Under the pieces are notes generated by a model. It did not search any database and had not been told where the DNA came from. It saw only the letters and a program-made list of their open reading frames with translations. From assembly GCA_010093705.1 (NCBI GenBank), contig MU006103.1, forward strand, positions 593,121 through 657,120: a stretch of 64,000 nucleotides of DNA, given 5' to 3'. Origin of the DNA: Patellaria atrata CBS 101060. Taxonomy: Eukaryota. Shown here one piece after another: positions 12,770 to 26,558 of the stretch. Within the stretch, counting starts at the first letter, position 1. Each line of letters opens with the position of its first letter. A program made the translations under genes and the position numbers.

Positions 12770-14773
12770 TTAAATGAGGGTTATATCTTCTAGGCGAGTC
12801 GTATCAAATGCTTCTCCATTCATAATCCCATAAACGTACGCTTCACCGACAAAAGCAAATTCAGAACCACATGTCTGCAAGGGCGTTTCCATTCGTCGTC
12901 TGACGATGAAAGGCGCCTTACCCCCTGCGAAAATCACAACCTCGTCTCCTTTCATTGCTGGCCCCGGGACTAGAGCTAATAACCCATTATCTGTTCGAGC
13001 TAAACGTCGTTGATTGCAAACGGCTATTAGTTGATCATACGTCTGCGCATTAGCTGATCTTATGGATTGAGTCTCTATATGACTGTGCTTGAATTTCAAG
13101 ATGGAACTGAATGTACGAAACGATGACCACATTTGAATATAGATTGCTGAAAGAATAAGGTTGTCTGGTAGGCGACCCAGCATTAAAAAGTTCTTCCACC
13201 AGTGCTGGAAATACTTGATGACTATGCTGTGCTTTTGGTGTGTGCCTGCTATGAGTGTGATAGCAAAGCAGTCCAGCATGGATTCACCGGTGGGATACAA
13301 TGACTCTTTCTTGGTGCGGGCAATATCATATGCCCAGTGCTGAAAAAGGTGTCCTTTGCGTTTCAACCTGTCAAGTTTTTCTTTGAAGTACGTCCCGCTT
13401 TCCTGGGGTGTGGCTTTTGGAGGATCAGCGTCTTTCAGATCACATAGCTCGCCTACAAACTCAAGGCGACAAACACGTACCGCTCTGACCATGAGCCGCC
13501 GGTGATCTGCGCTTACAGAGAAACATGGGACACTTCCTTTCCCACTATCATAATTATACCAGTCGCTATCCACGAATGTTTGAGGTGAAAAATCGTCAAG
13601 AAACTCTTTTAAACAATTTATTCTCAAAGGAGCTGTCAGTGCGTCCTGTATACTCCAGTCCGGGCACCAGGTAGGAAGCCCATCCACTCCTGAACGTTTC
13701 ATATGGCGTGGCACTTCCAAGATCTCGAATGTCCTATACTTCTCCAGATGCAAAATCGCGATGTTCGTATAAATTTTCGAAACCTCACTGCCGTAGTCAA
13801 ATCGGACGTTCAATCCCTCTGGTCCCGTGTCTGACGATATCCCACAAAGAGCATATATCTTATCCCGTGGATTCGTGGATTGAGAACCGAAATGGCTAGT
13901 AAGGTGCCACATTAGGGGTTGCAATTTTCCCTCGCTGAACTGTTTTCGGGAAACCAGCAAAGACATGACGTTATTTATAGCGTTTTGTTTTCCAGACATC
14001 CTTCGATATATAGCAAGATTAGCAAATAGATCAAATATAGACGTGAATGTCTCCCAGGAAACCCAATACACTCCGCAGAATATTATACAGTTGCTTGATA
14101 CGGCTTGCTCTTGGATGATCCAAACACGACCAAACCAATCGCTCGCCCAAACCTCTGCAAAAGCTTCATATACGTTCCAATGTCCTAAGTTAGGATCGGG
14201 TAGATGGTAGCGCTCCCAGTCAGAGTGTGATAGACTATGCCATGGGCGGCTATCGTTATTGCGCAACCGGAGTTCCTGAGCGTGAATAAAGCTCGGCACC
14301 ATTGACAAACCGGCCTGCGTACGAGCATTGCCTTCACCTAACCATATAAGAGTTTGCTTCGCCCTCTGATAGATATCTCGCATCATCGGGATCTGCTTGT
14401 TCTTCTCTTCGACGTTTGATTGATCGATGCAAAGGGCATCAATCCAAAGATGACGTGCATCTTTTGGATCGCGGAATCGTTTCAATGCCTTGAACAGATT
14501 GGGATACACCTCTACGGATATACCATTGCATTTAATGCGATACTTAGGCGTAGATGGTCCCCAGGAGTACGACACAGCCTCGTACTGGTAACCGTCATCT
14601 AATCCCACTATTTCCAGGACAGTCTGTATTTCATAGCCCAAGGATTCTGGTAAGAGAGTAAGTATCCTAATGGACCTTTTCTCGAGATTAGATGTGAGAG
14701 GCTCGTAGATCGACATAGGTTGAAATGTGATATCGATTGTGTTTGGAGTAAGGTAAGGTCCTTGGGAGTTCAC
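12770..14773 (-). CDS. HET-domain (HET-6-like) protein, intact single exon (ATG start possibly at about 14716)
   Basis: IRILTLLP, YEAVSYSWG, LWIDALCIDQSNVEEKNKQIPMMRDIY, WFGRVWIIQE, STNPRDKIYAL, LPTWCPDW, VGEAYVYGIMNGE. Confidence 0.93.
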   Translation of the reverse strand: MNSQGPYLTPNTIDITFQPMSIYEPLTSNLEKRSIRILTLLPESLGYEIQTVLEIVGLDDGYQYEAVSYSWGPSTPKYRIKCNGISVEVYPNLFKALKRFRDPKDARHLWIDALCIDQSNVEEKNKQIPMMRDIYQRAKQTLIWLGEGNARTQAGLSMVPSFIHAQELRLRNNDSRPWHSLSHSDWERYHLPDPNLGHWNVYEAFAEVWASDWFGRVWIIQEQAVSSNCIIFCGVYWVSWETFTSIFDLFANLAIYRRMSGKQNAINNVMSLLVSRKQFSEGKLQPLMWHLTSHFGSQSTNPRDKIYALCGISSDTGPEGLNVRFDYGSEVSKIYTNIAILHLEKYRTFEILEVPRHMKRSGVDGLPTWCPDWSIQDALTAPLRINCLKEFLDDFSPQTFVDSDWYNYDSGKGSVPCFSVSADHRRLMVRAVRVCRLEFVGELCDLKDADPPKATPQESGTYFKEKLDRLKRKGHLFQHWAYDIARTKKESLYPTGESMLDCFAITLIAGTHQKHSIVIKYFQHWWKNFLMLGRLPDNLILSAIYIQMWSSFRTFSSILKFKHSHIETQSIRSANAQTYDQLIAVCNQRRLARTDNGLLALVPGPAMKGDEVVIFAGGKAPFIVRRRMETPLQTCGSEFAFVGEAYVYGIMNGEAFDTTRLEDITLI

Positions 14774-15541
14774 GTGGATTGGTTCTAGTTCCTACGGTTG
14801 CCCAAGCGGCATTCGACGCAACCCAAATCAACACACGAACCGCATGCCGGGAGCTCTGTAAACTAACTATCATTGTTTGCATCACACCGTTGAATAGATT
14901 GAGACGTTTCGCTCTCAAGGGCCTCAACCTGGAGATGGATAGTAAAGAATCTCCCCAGATAGCAAACGTGCAATTTTAGACATCAGGTTATCTCGGGATT
15001 TAGTATAATAGCCTAGAACTTATCTAGGAGTCTTATACTCTCCTATTATGATCATTAAAAAGAAATCTTAGTATATGCTAATAAGTAGGTACCCTGTTAC
15101 GGGTATGATTTGAGAGAGATCTGGGAAATTTGCCTTCTTTAGCTCTTGTCTATATGCGCTCGATGAGCATAGAAGAGATATACGAATCTCCCTAGAGCAC
15201 ATGGCGTTATCTGTTACAGTACATACGGGAAACAAAGGATCTCCTCTGGCGCATCCGTCTTGTGGAAATTGAAAGACAAAAGAGAATCAATGAGAAGCTA
15301 GGAAAGGCATGGTTGGGAAAAGAATAATGGTGACTAACACCTAGTTCATCTATGCACATGGTTTTGATAACTGATGGCTCTATAGTGATAAGCCAATAGT
15401 GAGTCATTATCTTTTCTAGTCATCCTGCTTTACCAAACCTTTCAACTAGAATATTATCAATTAATATAGTAGTAATTCTCATCATTTTCATACGCATGGA
15501 TCACATAATATCTCGTGAATAGATTGACCTTACCGTCCTTG

Positions 15542-17631
15542 CTAGCATATCTGTATCCACGAATCCAATCCAACACCCAAAGTATCCGTTATCAATGTTC
15601 CCGCCTTTATCGCCCCAAGTTCGGTGACCCAACTTGGAATAAAAGCTTCGCCGAAGAGAACGTACTTTCCCACTTCTTGAGATCTTCGTAACACATACGG
15701 AAACGAGGCTCCATTGAAAACCGTAATCGGGTCCCCAGTTCGGGCGTTAGCGGGAATCAGAGCCAAGAATCCTCTCTTCGTAATACAAAGACGACGCCCA
15801 ACGCCGTATGACCGAAGGCCGGCATGAAGTCTATGGTTCCGATGTGGACTGTTGGATGAGTATGACGGGGGAAGTAAGTAGCACCGCGTGAGCTTTGGGT
15901 TCAAACCAACGTGAAGGTACGGATTCTTCTGGTGATCGGTCAAGAACGAGTCCGGGTCCTTGCTGTCATTCTGTATCTTAATAAGTCTATAGTGACGATG
16001 AAGGTCATCCGCTTGATCAGCCAGGACCGTTAAGAAGCGGATCCAGTTCCTGGTTATCTCTCGTTCCTCGCATTCAACATATTTTTCGAAGTCGTGCTTA
16101 CATAACTGCGTCCGTAAAGATGCATCTTTAGCGAAACTTCTCCACGAATAGTACACAGACTCCATGTCTTCCGTAGAAGCATTGTTCCTGATAAAGAATT
16201 TGCAGATGGTTTCGACAGTATCAACAAAACCACCCTGCAGCACTAGAACCTCACCTTGAACCTGTACATTGGGTAACTCTGTCTCAGTAAGTTTATTTAT
16301 GAACCTCTTCCCGTGCATACCCACTGTCTGAAAGGGCATCGCCTTCCATTTATCCTGTAAGGACGGTATCCATGAAGGTAAACCATGCTTCTTTTCGGGG
16401 TTTTGGCAAGCACCGAATATTTCGAGCCCGTAGTCCTGCGTGATAGCGGCTCTAGCGGCAGCAAGAAGTACAAAATGTGATTCCTGACGGTAATTTGGAA
16501 CAATGGGATAGATCTCGGGATCCGCCAGACCTAGTACGGAAAAGACCATGTCGCGAGCATCTGTGGCTTTACAAGATCTTGTTATGCGCAAGAGTTGCGC
16601 AAGACCGGCCCAGAGACGTCCATTTCCTGTTATTTCTCTTAGACCAATCAACGTTCTGGGGTGGAAGTCCCATGGTAAAGATACTGTGGACTCGTCATCC
16701 GAATCGGAAACCGTGTTAGTATAACCCAACGATGAGATATGTTTTAACATAAAGAGTGCTGGTCCCAAGGTATTCATTTCAAAGCTCTTATCTCCGCACC
16801 ATACCTTCACGAGCGAATGAAGCGCAACTTCTTGTCTAATCCATACACGCTCCCACCAAGGTCGTTTAAAGAGGGCCCTAAGCGAGTTCCAATGACGTAC
16901 CACTTCATCTTCTGGAAATGAAGGATACTGAATTGTCCTCTCACCAGGTGCATGCCTGGGAGGCGCACCTATGGTATTCAAGAGGCCCACAGCCACGGAG
17001 CTATCATCTGCCTCTTCGCCCAGCCAGACTTGAACAGATCGGGCGCGTTTGTAGATGCGCCGCATGAGCGAAACTTGTTCACCTCGTTCGTCAATATTGG
17101 ATTGGTTGATACCTTTAAATGTGAGCGTGGCTAATGCTTGATTCCATATGATTTAAATTACGACGTTGACTTACATATTTGATCGACCCAGCAGTAGCAT
17201 TCGTGACCCCATAGTCTACCATTAATTTCAATTGTAGCATTATCCTTGTACGAGAAACGTAACTGCTTCAACGCAGCTTCGAGACTTTTGGTTATTGGGA
17301 ACTTACATCCATCTAGTAAGAGAGACCCGTCAAATACCGGTGGTCCCCAAGTGTATGACAGCGCTACAAAGCCGTACATCAGAGTATTGATAGTACCATC
17401 ATCAAGACCAACAACGACAAGATCTGCAATCAGCGGGTCCGAGAGTTCTTCAGCTTGACGGACTCTCAGAATGCGGATCTGTCCTTTATTAGTATTGAGA
17501 GGTGTATAAGTATATAAGCGATTCGTATCCTGTTTGTCGGTGAGTACTTGATCCTGTTTCTGCGTCTCGAATTGGCTTTTTGACATCCAGAACGTTGACA
17601 TTTCCCTTGTCCCCCGTAGGGAAGACATCAA
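15542..17631 (-). CDS. HET-domain (HET-6-like) protein with an intron at 17113-17174; may extend upstream to about 17857
   Basis: IRILRV, FVALSYTWG, WVDQIC|INQSNIDERGEQVSLMRRIY joined by a GTAAGT..AG intron, WWERVWIRQE, ATDARDMVFSVLGL, LPSWIP, FGEAF. Confidence 0.9.
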
Positions 17632-18600
17632 ATCCCCTTCGCTGCTTTGTTACTCCTTGTACTGCGGACAGCCGCAAATGATCTAGTATCTTATTCAGAG
17701 CGCCTTCAATGCGTTCCATCCGGATCTCAAGTTCTTCAAAATGATCTTTTATGGATTCTAGTGTGGTTTTGTGCTCGGAAGGGCTGTTGTTTGTTGTTTC
17801 AATTGCATTTGGAACGATGCCGAGGAGTTTCTGTAGATCATCCATATCGTAGCTCATTTTAGTTTTCACCGATGATATTACTAGGAATGAAGGGAATCGG
17901 CTGCTTCAGCGAACGCAGAATGTTTGCAAGGAGTGGGGAGGTTTAAGAGGGGGGCGGGAAGCAGAATGCGAGACCGAAGTGATCTCATTCTGCATATTCA
18001 CCCATGCATTTGAAACCGAGTACGCATAACTTAACGTCTCTTGAAAGGATACTATTCCGATGTTATTAAATGTTAAACCAATATTTTAAATTAGTCACAA
18101 CTTACGGTTTTAGCGCAGTATTTACCTATCTTATCGCTCTTTCCTTCTGGCTTATGCTAAAGTTGGACGCAACCCCGTTCGTAGGACCTTACTTGCGATA
18201 CACTTGGTGGCGATCGTGATGTGTTCGGCTGTAGTTGAACTAAGGACGTATAAGAGCGTTGTATGAAAGATGAAGAGGAATACATTTACATAGGGTAATG
18301 ACATAGGAATATAGGAAAACCAGTACCGGAAGAACAGATGGAGAAGATGAATCCAGCAAAGTGGGCATTCTAATATCCCACAGAGTGTTCAGAACACTGA
18401 GACGCTCTAGGGAGATGCTTTCCCTCATATATTCTCGGATTTGTCTTCAACCTGTGCCAAGGGGATAATTGTTGACCAATATCACACACGCCCTCCAGTG
18501 GTATATGTTACCAGGGCCTAAGTATACCGTTTCAGTCGCCTATATGCGTATAGTCCATCTGAAGAACCGGTTAGTAAAACTAGTGGATCCTCTCCACCCG

Positions 18601-18774
18601 TGTCATGGCTCAAACTCAGATGGAAGCTGAAAGGTATATTGCTAAATGTACATGAAGCTTAAACTTAAGGAAAGAAAGTGTTGAGACAGCCTATGCTGTT
18701 CTACTAAAGTACAGTATGACTAAGCTGTCGGATCATCTAAGGCACTTATACCTATCGGGTCTAACCCGTGGACA
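18601..18774. mobile_element. Solo LTR, copy 1
   Basis: Starts TGTCA and ends GACA. Flanked by the 5-bp direct repeat ACCCG (18596-18600 and 18775-18779). Clearly similar to 33704-33983 (shared gaagctgaaaggtatattgcta and aaggcacttatacctatcgggtctaacccgtg). Confidence 0.85.
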
Positions 18775-19692
18775 ACCCGAATCTAGCATGAATTTGATAC
18801 CTCGAGCTTGTACTTTTCTAGTCACATGACGGTGTTTACACTGACCCTTCCAAGCCAATGCTTGGATAATAGACACACAAATCTCCAATTCATCCATAGA
18901 ACTTTTTTCAAGACACATTAATTTCCATTGTATCCACAATAACCAAAAGTGCAGAGGCGATTCCTCATCAGAGAAGGAGAACCCCGTCTACTAACAAAAA
19001 CTGACCTGGCATGAAAATGATCTGAACCGTAATATATAGCTGATAAATTTCCCCCTTCCCTCAACAATCCAATTAACTAGATATACGGTGACGTGTCACG
19101 TATTCTTGATGAATCATCCTGGGACAGGACGAAAGGACACGAGAAGAGGTATAGTCCTCACTCAGGAAACGAGTCAATATGTTAATATAAAAGGGCCAGA
19201 ATGAAGGTTCCTTGTGAGGGATGGGTTTTTTTAACAAAGGGTTGATGTTGATCGTGGAAACTTCGGTCATTTGTCATTCACTCGGCAGCCCAGGTCTCTC
19301 CACCTCCATTAAAATACTCTTCAGGGTTCATCGCCATCACTTCATATCATCACCATCTCATACCGTCGCCCTTCACTTTCCTCCGGTGGGCTATCTGGTC
19401 GATATTGCTCTATTCTCTGCCGTTTCAACTCTGTCGCTATATGGCTGCACGTATTTTAAATGTACTTTGTGTTATTAGCGATGTAGTACTGTATAAACGG
19501 TGAACTTCTATCTGAAGTATCTTTAACAAAACAGCAGATGTAAGCGAACATTCGCCGCTGGATTCACTGTGCTTCTCTTACTTCACAAACACCCAAGTCG
19601 CTGTGTGGACTGATACGAAGGCGTCCCTACGACTTTCCACTCCCCAAATGAAATTTGGTTGACCATCTTGACCCTTTCTCAAAGTCAGATTC

Positions 19693-21259
19693 TTAGAATA
19701 CTTTGAACCCGCCTTTGACCTGGCGTTGGAAAACTCCATCCGGGTCGTATTTCCGTGCGACCTTCCGTAAAAATGCTTTGGAGGCTTGTCCATAGCCGTC
19801 AAAAATCTTCTGTTTACTTGCGGCGTAGTTGAGATACCGGAATCTCTCCTCCACATGCTCATCCGCAGCCGCATTATTTATCTCACGAATTAATTCGTAC
19901 GTCCTATCCTCCACAACTTTCGAATCAGCTTCCGAGTCCCAGTTGTGGGCGAGTAGGACTATAACGGAGTCGGCTTCGGGAACCGCGGCGTTTCCGAAAC
20001 CTAAACTATTTGCGAATGATTTTGGGGGAGGTGGAGTGGGCTGAATAATAAACGCGCTGTTCATTCCCGAAATACGAGAAAGCGTATCATTTACAGCAGC
20101 CTCCCAGAGTGTATAGGCTTTCTTCATTATGGTTGGGGAGATCCCAACCGACGTAGTCCCATACATAACTCTTTTCAAGTCAGCATAAACTTTACAGGAT
20201 GAAGGTTGAAGTTTTTCTTACGCCTTGTTCAACACCTGAAGGTCATCTATTTCCTGTGCGAAACTCGACATATTGGTAGTCCGAACCGTACTACTGATCT
20301 GTGGCTGAATCGATGTCCACCGCTGAAGACTGTTCGGGCTCTGGACTGACCCGGAGTGGAATGTATTGAGTAGAAGTGAGAAGGATTGATCTCCACCAAC
20401 ATAAGTATAGCTTAATTCAGCTAGCTCATCCGGGTCAAATGTTGATCTATTCATGTACTCGGTGAAAGCATCTAAAGTCGCGTCAAAAGCTTCCTTTGGA
20501 TAGAGAATCGCGCCCCCGAGAAACGGCGACTGCTCATGTGTCATTAGATCTATTCTAGTGACTACACCGAAATTGTTTTGGCCACCTTTCAAAGCCCTGA
20601 AGAGGTCTTTGTTGTGCGCTGCGTTCGCATCTACAATCTCTCCGGATGCGAGAACGACTTGGAAATTAACAACATTGTCACATCCCCATCCGCGCCTTCT
20701 TGAGAAAGCAGAAATTCCTCCTATTTTCTAGTGAGTATGAAAGCAGGGAATTGGTGTTAGATTAAGGCTACAGACCTCCTGTAATAAAGCCACCTGTTCC
20801 AACTGTACCACCTCGACCTCCTATTACAGATACTCCCACCTGATCGGTCACGGGATACACATCCCCCCATACTGCTCCACTTTGGACTCGAGCGATTTTC
20901 CAGTCTTTACTCAAAGCGATATCATTCATTGACCTAAGATCGATGGTGACTCCGTCGTCGATGTTTGAGAATCCATGATTAGGGGAATGGCCACCACTAC
21001 GGATTGCGAAGTGTGTTGACCTCTTCCTAGCTAGTGTCTTCACGGCGAGAGAGACATCTTTAGCCGATTCGGGGCGCAGTATACATGTAGGAGAGAGACG
21101 ACCTTGAAGGGGAAAATATGACGAGATAGACGCGTTATAAATCTCACTGGGTTCAAAAAAGACCTTCCCTGGCAACAATGCGTGCAATTGGTTACAATCA
21201 GCAGCTGAAAAGGGCAAATATCCAATTAGGATACCCAGCGCGAGACTGATCTTCTTCAT
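19693..21259 (-). CDS. Secreted FAD-linked oxidoreductase (BBE/VAO family); 3 exons
   Basis: Signal peptide MKKISLALGILIGYLPFSAA; RSGGH covalent-FAD His motif; IGGRGGTVGTGGFITGG; DLFRALKGGQNNFGVVTR; YLNYA; KYDPDGVFQ. Confidence 0.92.
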
Positions 21260-22240
21260 TGTGTGTAAGTTAAAGTGGAGGCCAGCAGACTGGAACGAGG
21301 AGGGAGTTCAGAACAACTCGAGCGTAGCAAAAGTTTGCTTATAGACCCCGTTGAGCTCTTAAAGAACTTACTTTCTATCATTGTGGCAAGGGCACGGCAA
21401 ACACCCACTTGAGCCACTTCTGTACCTGCATGCGCACCCAGAACTGTGCCGTTGTGGATGAGTGAAGAGATGGACATACCTTCTTGGGTTCAAAATTACG
21501 TACTTAGGTAAGCTCAAGTGCTTAAGACATTTCTTTGTTAGGAATTAACTGGTGTAGCAAGCGATAGGGCGCTGTCTTGGCCACAGTAGCTCGGCTGACA
21601 ATACCTTACCTTACAGTACGCCGGGTTACACGTCCAAGTACTCCGGGCCATCAATACCGCACGTACATCGCCTCTGCTCCATATATGCGGATCATACATC
21701 GACTGAATACAATCCCACCAACTTAACCTGCGAAGTCACCGAATCATCTCTGTGAACTTTCGTGTCGGGGCAGACGAGATGGAAAGACTTGTTGTCAAAC
21801 ACCCACACAAATCAATCTGACGCGGTGTTGTCTTTACATAAGTCACCGGAGGGTAGCGTGATCCACCCTCTGGCTCCTTTCAAGGATGTTCTTAAGATCG
21901 ATAGCAATTGACGTAATGATTTCTATAGTAGTTGAAAATTACATTCCGACCACTCTCCTTTACCCCTTGGGCAAGTTGCGACAATTTGGTGTACAGGATT
22001 CATTCCATGGTCTCGTTGGATGGTCCTCGAGTAGAGAGTAGATACGAACACCTCGAGGAGGGGATGCAAATACAAAGCGTTCAAAGCTCCTTTCAATACT
22101 TGTGCAAGGGCTATGAAGACTTCTTTGAAGTCACCTGGACCAAAATCAGATGCAAGCCTCGACTATGGTTAAGGTTGATGATTTATTTACGAAGTTCTGA
22201 CTTAATATCTATCAAACTCTATTCGCCGTCAATCCTATCC

Positions 22241-23454
22241 TTAGTCCTGACCGATCGGTTTAGCAGCTCTCTGCCATGCAATTTGAGCCGAACCTGCCGT
22301 CAGGGGCGGTGTCACGCCCGTTTCCTTCGGATCATTGCCGATGAAGTTTAGAGGAAAACCCGAATCAAATGGTTTGACAGCTTCCAGTCGTTCGATCTGT
22401 TGGAGCGACAAGCGGATGCTGAGCGCGTTGATGTTATCAAGAAGGTGCTCAACCTTACGGCCTCCCACGAGTGGAAACACATTACGAGCCTTTGCCATGA
22501 CATATGCGATGGCGACAGCGGTAGGAGTTGCTCCAACCTCATTACCAACCTCTTCGAGAGCTTCAGAAATTCTGACCTGTTCTTCGCTTTGCTCCGGGCC
22601 GAAGAGTTTACGGAGAGTTTCGCCATTTTCTTGCCTCTTCTCAATCTCCTTCCTACTCTGAAATTTGCCTCCTCCAACGACATCCCATGGACAGAGAGCC
22701 ATTCCAAACTGACGAGCCATGGGAATGATATCGCGCTCAAAGTCCCGCGCGAGCAAGTTCCATCGTCCCTGGTAAACGGAGAAGGGAGTTTTCCCGTGAG
22801 CCTTGGCATAGATGTTTGCTGCGCTCACCACCCACGCCGGTGTGTCGGAGGCACCAAGGTAAAGTACCTTCCCTTGCTCTACTAATAAATGCAGACTGTC
22901 CATAACTTCCTCGATCGACGTGGTCCAATCCCACCAATGTATGTAGAGGAGATCGATGTAGTCAGTCTTCAGCTTCTTCAAACTATCGCGTACGCTCAAG
23001 TGTAAGCTCTTCCTGGAATTACCGCTGTAGTTTACCGTCTTCCCCTTGCCGAGTTCGTGCGCGCGGTAGTTTGCCGTATACTTTGTCGCGATGAACATGA
23101 GGTCTCGGTTGCCACGCTCTCGCATCCAGTCTCCAATCCAAGTCTCGGACTCCTCGTTCTGATAATTATTGGACGAGTCGATGAAATTGCCGCCGGCAGC
23201 GTGGTAGTGGTCGAACAGTTTGAATGCCGCTTCCTTGTCCATGCTACGTCACGCTTTCAGTTTCCCCTCTGGTCTCGCGGGATAGATTGGGGCTCGAGAA
23301 GAACTTACCTTCCCATCAATCCCTCCCATGCCTTCCCAATCGACATGGCGCCGATTGCCAGTGGGGAGACTCGTACACCTGCAGTCGAAGAGAGGATACG
23401 ATAACGACCGAGCTCCGTAGGAGGCTCCGGTGCGGGTGTGAACACTTCTGACAT
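22241..23454 (-). CDS. Aldo-keto reductase, aryl-alcohol dehydrogenase / norsolorinic-acid-reductase-like
   Basis: [32 protein letters not shown], one intron, then [45 protein letters not shown]. Confidence 0.93.
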
Positions 23455-24547
23455 GGTGGACGAAATTTTAAGGTGACTGACAGTGATAGAAACTTGGTCT
23501 CGACTTATGAAAAAGGTAAAGTATCGGTAGAACTGGTGAAAGGATACAAACCAACCTTAGGTGTGCATCATGACTGACCATATTATTATCCCATCTAGAA
23601 TTGTCGCCTCTGCGTAAACTGGAACTACGGTGCAATTGCGCCCGTATGGTAACCTTATCGCGCAGGATTACCCCGTTCTAAGGATTATCATCTTGTACTG
23701 TACGCAGGTCCGTACCGAAAAGGTGTTTGCATTCTGGACGATGTCAAATTTCGGGTGGCGGTGGCTAGCCGATCGTGCACCGAAGTTTTGGGCTCTCCAG
23801 CTCCACATTGCCCCTAAGTTTGGGTACTCCGGTCCCAACTGAACTGGCGTAGTGCGCATGCCATCACGCAACCGGAATATCCGCGCACTTTGACATCTTT
23901 ATTTTATTTTCTATTTGGATCAGTTTGAAGTACAACTTTTGACAACGGGCGATTGAGGTTTAAGCACTCGACAGACGTCCTATTACTTTTATTTCATTGT
24001 TGTTGTGATCATTGGGAGAATTAGAGCTAAATTTGCCAAGAGTTCGTCTATTTACTTTTCTCCTACCTAGTTTTACCCCTTTCCCCTTCTCTCTCTGAAG
24101 TAAATATCATTAATTTAAAGCATTCTTACAGTCTCTTCTTGTGCCCAAAACTTCTCATCATCAGCATCTTCTCCCGCTGCTTAATATGTTGTTTTTCACC
24201 GTTCTTTTGCAATGGAGCATTGTAGGGATCATGGGCTTAAAACATATTCCCTTGCATTTCTTGACTATCTATCTATACTGTACAAAGTACTCCATATGAC
24301 GCAAACCAGTGAAACCATGCTTGCACCCACTATTGCTGATAAATCCTCACAGCTTTGCTGCAGTAGTACAAATACTGCTGTCCGTAGAGCTACTCGAGGC
24401 CCGTTTTTACTTTTCGCCATTGAGGTGGCACGGGGTGCTCTTGGCCTTGACCAGCTTACACTTTATCGCACCCGCTGTTGTTGGACTATTGTTTTGAATA
24501 TCAAACTGTCAAGTAACTTGTCTCACCTTCATAGCAACTGAACGATA

Positions 24548-26558
24548 ATGGAGCCCTCTCAAGAAAAGGTTCTTGAAGCACATCAGGCGGATAATGGAAG
24601 CGCAGGACATCTGACTTCACCAGAAGATGGCCATCCTCGCGAGAAAGAAACACGAGAAGTCACCGGACCGAAGGTGGGTGTCATTTTCTCTGACAACTCA
24701 GTAGGAATTTCGCGAATTGCTAATCATGTTCGCAGTGGTTTATCTTCGTGACTGCTACTTTCACTGCCATGTTTTTATACTCGCTCGACAACACTATCGT
24801 CGCAAATATCCAACCTGTAAGTCGTCACGGATGCATGTCCATACCCATCCCGTTTTATTTATGCTGATCCGTATTAGACGATCGTAAACAATTTCAACGC
24901 TGTCGATGAACTGCCATGGCTTTCTGTAGGGTTCGTTCGGAAGAATCCATTTATCAGTTTAGGACACTCACTAACTTTTGTTTTCTTGACCTAAAGCTTC
25001 ATGGTCGGTGGTCTCGCCATGGTCATGCCATTGGGCAAACTTTATTCTCTCTTTAACGGGAAATGGCTTTTCGTTATGTTCGTCGTTCAGTTCATGGCTG
25101 CCTCCGCTCTATGTGGTGGTGCGCCTAACATGACCGCAGAGATTATTGGCCGTACATGGGCAGGTGCTAGTGGTAATGGTATTTACTACGGTGTGATACA
25201 TCTCGTCTCAACAATTACTCTACCGAGGGAACGTCCAGCTTATCTCAGCTTGAAGTAAGGGAAACATCCATCTCTCTCGTCCTCCCACTAACCAATCCCC
25301 ACATTACAGTGGTCTCGTTTGGGGTATGGGAGCAATTCTAGGGCCCATCGTCGGTGGATCACTCGAGTTGGTCTCGTGGCGCTGGGCATTCTACATCAAT
25401 CTCTTCTTTGCGATTCCCCTCTTTCCGGCGTACATATTTACGATCCCTTCAAGCCAGCCGGCCCCTCATCTCTCGATCAAGCAAAAACTTGTAACTTTTG
25501 ACTGGATTGGGGCCTTGTTAAGCACTGGTAGTCTCTTAACGTTCATCGTCGCCACCAACTTTGGCGGACTAGAGTATAGATGGAACAGCGGTCCCATCAT
25601 CGCGTTGTATGCTGTAAGCGGAGTCCTGTTCCTCACATTCGCAATTCAGCAAACTTTTACTATCTTTACTACCCCCGACTCTCGCATGTTTCCAGTGCAT
25701 CTTTTACGCAACAGGGAAGTTGTCCTACTGTTCATCATACACGCATGTGGTGGTACGATTAGTTATGTCCCCGTCTATTTCGTCCCCCTTTACTTTCAAT
25801 TTACAAGAGGAGATACAGCCGTTGAGACTGCAGCTCGCTTCCTTCCATTCGTTTTTCTACTGATTTTTGGAATATTGTTGAATGGATATCTTATGTCAAG
25901 AGTTGGATATTACAAACCATGGTTCGTCTTTGGGTCAGTCCTTTGCGTTGTCGCCGGTGTTCTCTTCAGTAAGTTCTCTCTGTTCACTCCAATCATTCAA
26001 TCTAGATAAACTAACATGACGTGAAACTTCAAGGTAGGATCGAGCTTACAACCTCGAATCCTGCTATTTACGGCTATGAAGCTCTTCTCGGTCTTGGAGC
26101 CGGCTGCTTTGTCGCTGCAGCTTTCGCTGTTGTTCAAGCGAATGTCGACTTGAAAGACCTCGGATATGCAATTACCCTTATGACAGTTGCTCAAATTGGC
26201 GGTATCGCTTTCGGCTTGTCAATGTCAGGAGCGACTTTCCTAAATATTGCCATACAAAATCTTGCTGGTGTATTTCCCGATGAGACTCGAGAGACTCTCG
26301 TTGACGTCGTTTCGGGTACCAGTGGAGACTTTTTGCAGACCCTCAGTGACCAGAAGGCAACGGAAGCACTAGATGCGATTGTTAGAGCAATCCAAGTTCC
26401 CTTTATACAAGTTTACGCTGCCTCAGCTCTGACTGTCATTTTAAGTCTTGCTCTGAAAGTAAGTAAAATCCTTCATAACCAGAAATCATTCAACAAATTG
26501 CTGACATGTAGCGACATAGTGGAAAAAGGCTTACAACGCTATCCCTATTACCGGTTGA
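24548..26558 (+). CDS. MFS drug:H+ antiporter (14-TMS, secondary-metabolite efflux type); multi-exon
   Basis: LYSLDNTIVANIQP, ASALCGGAPNM..IIGR, LGPIVGG..SWRWAFYINL, YFVPLYFQF, GYYKPW. Last exon ends at TGA 26556-26558. Confidence 0.92.

Noticed and set aside
14985..15230. TpA-rich stretch with TGTTACGGG resembling an LTR start
   Set aside because: No matching terminus, TSD or second copy could be identified.
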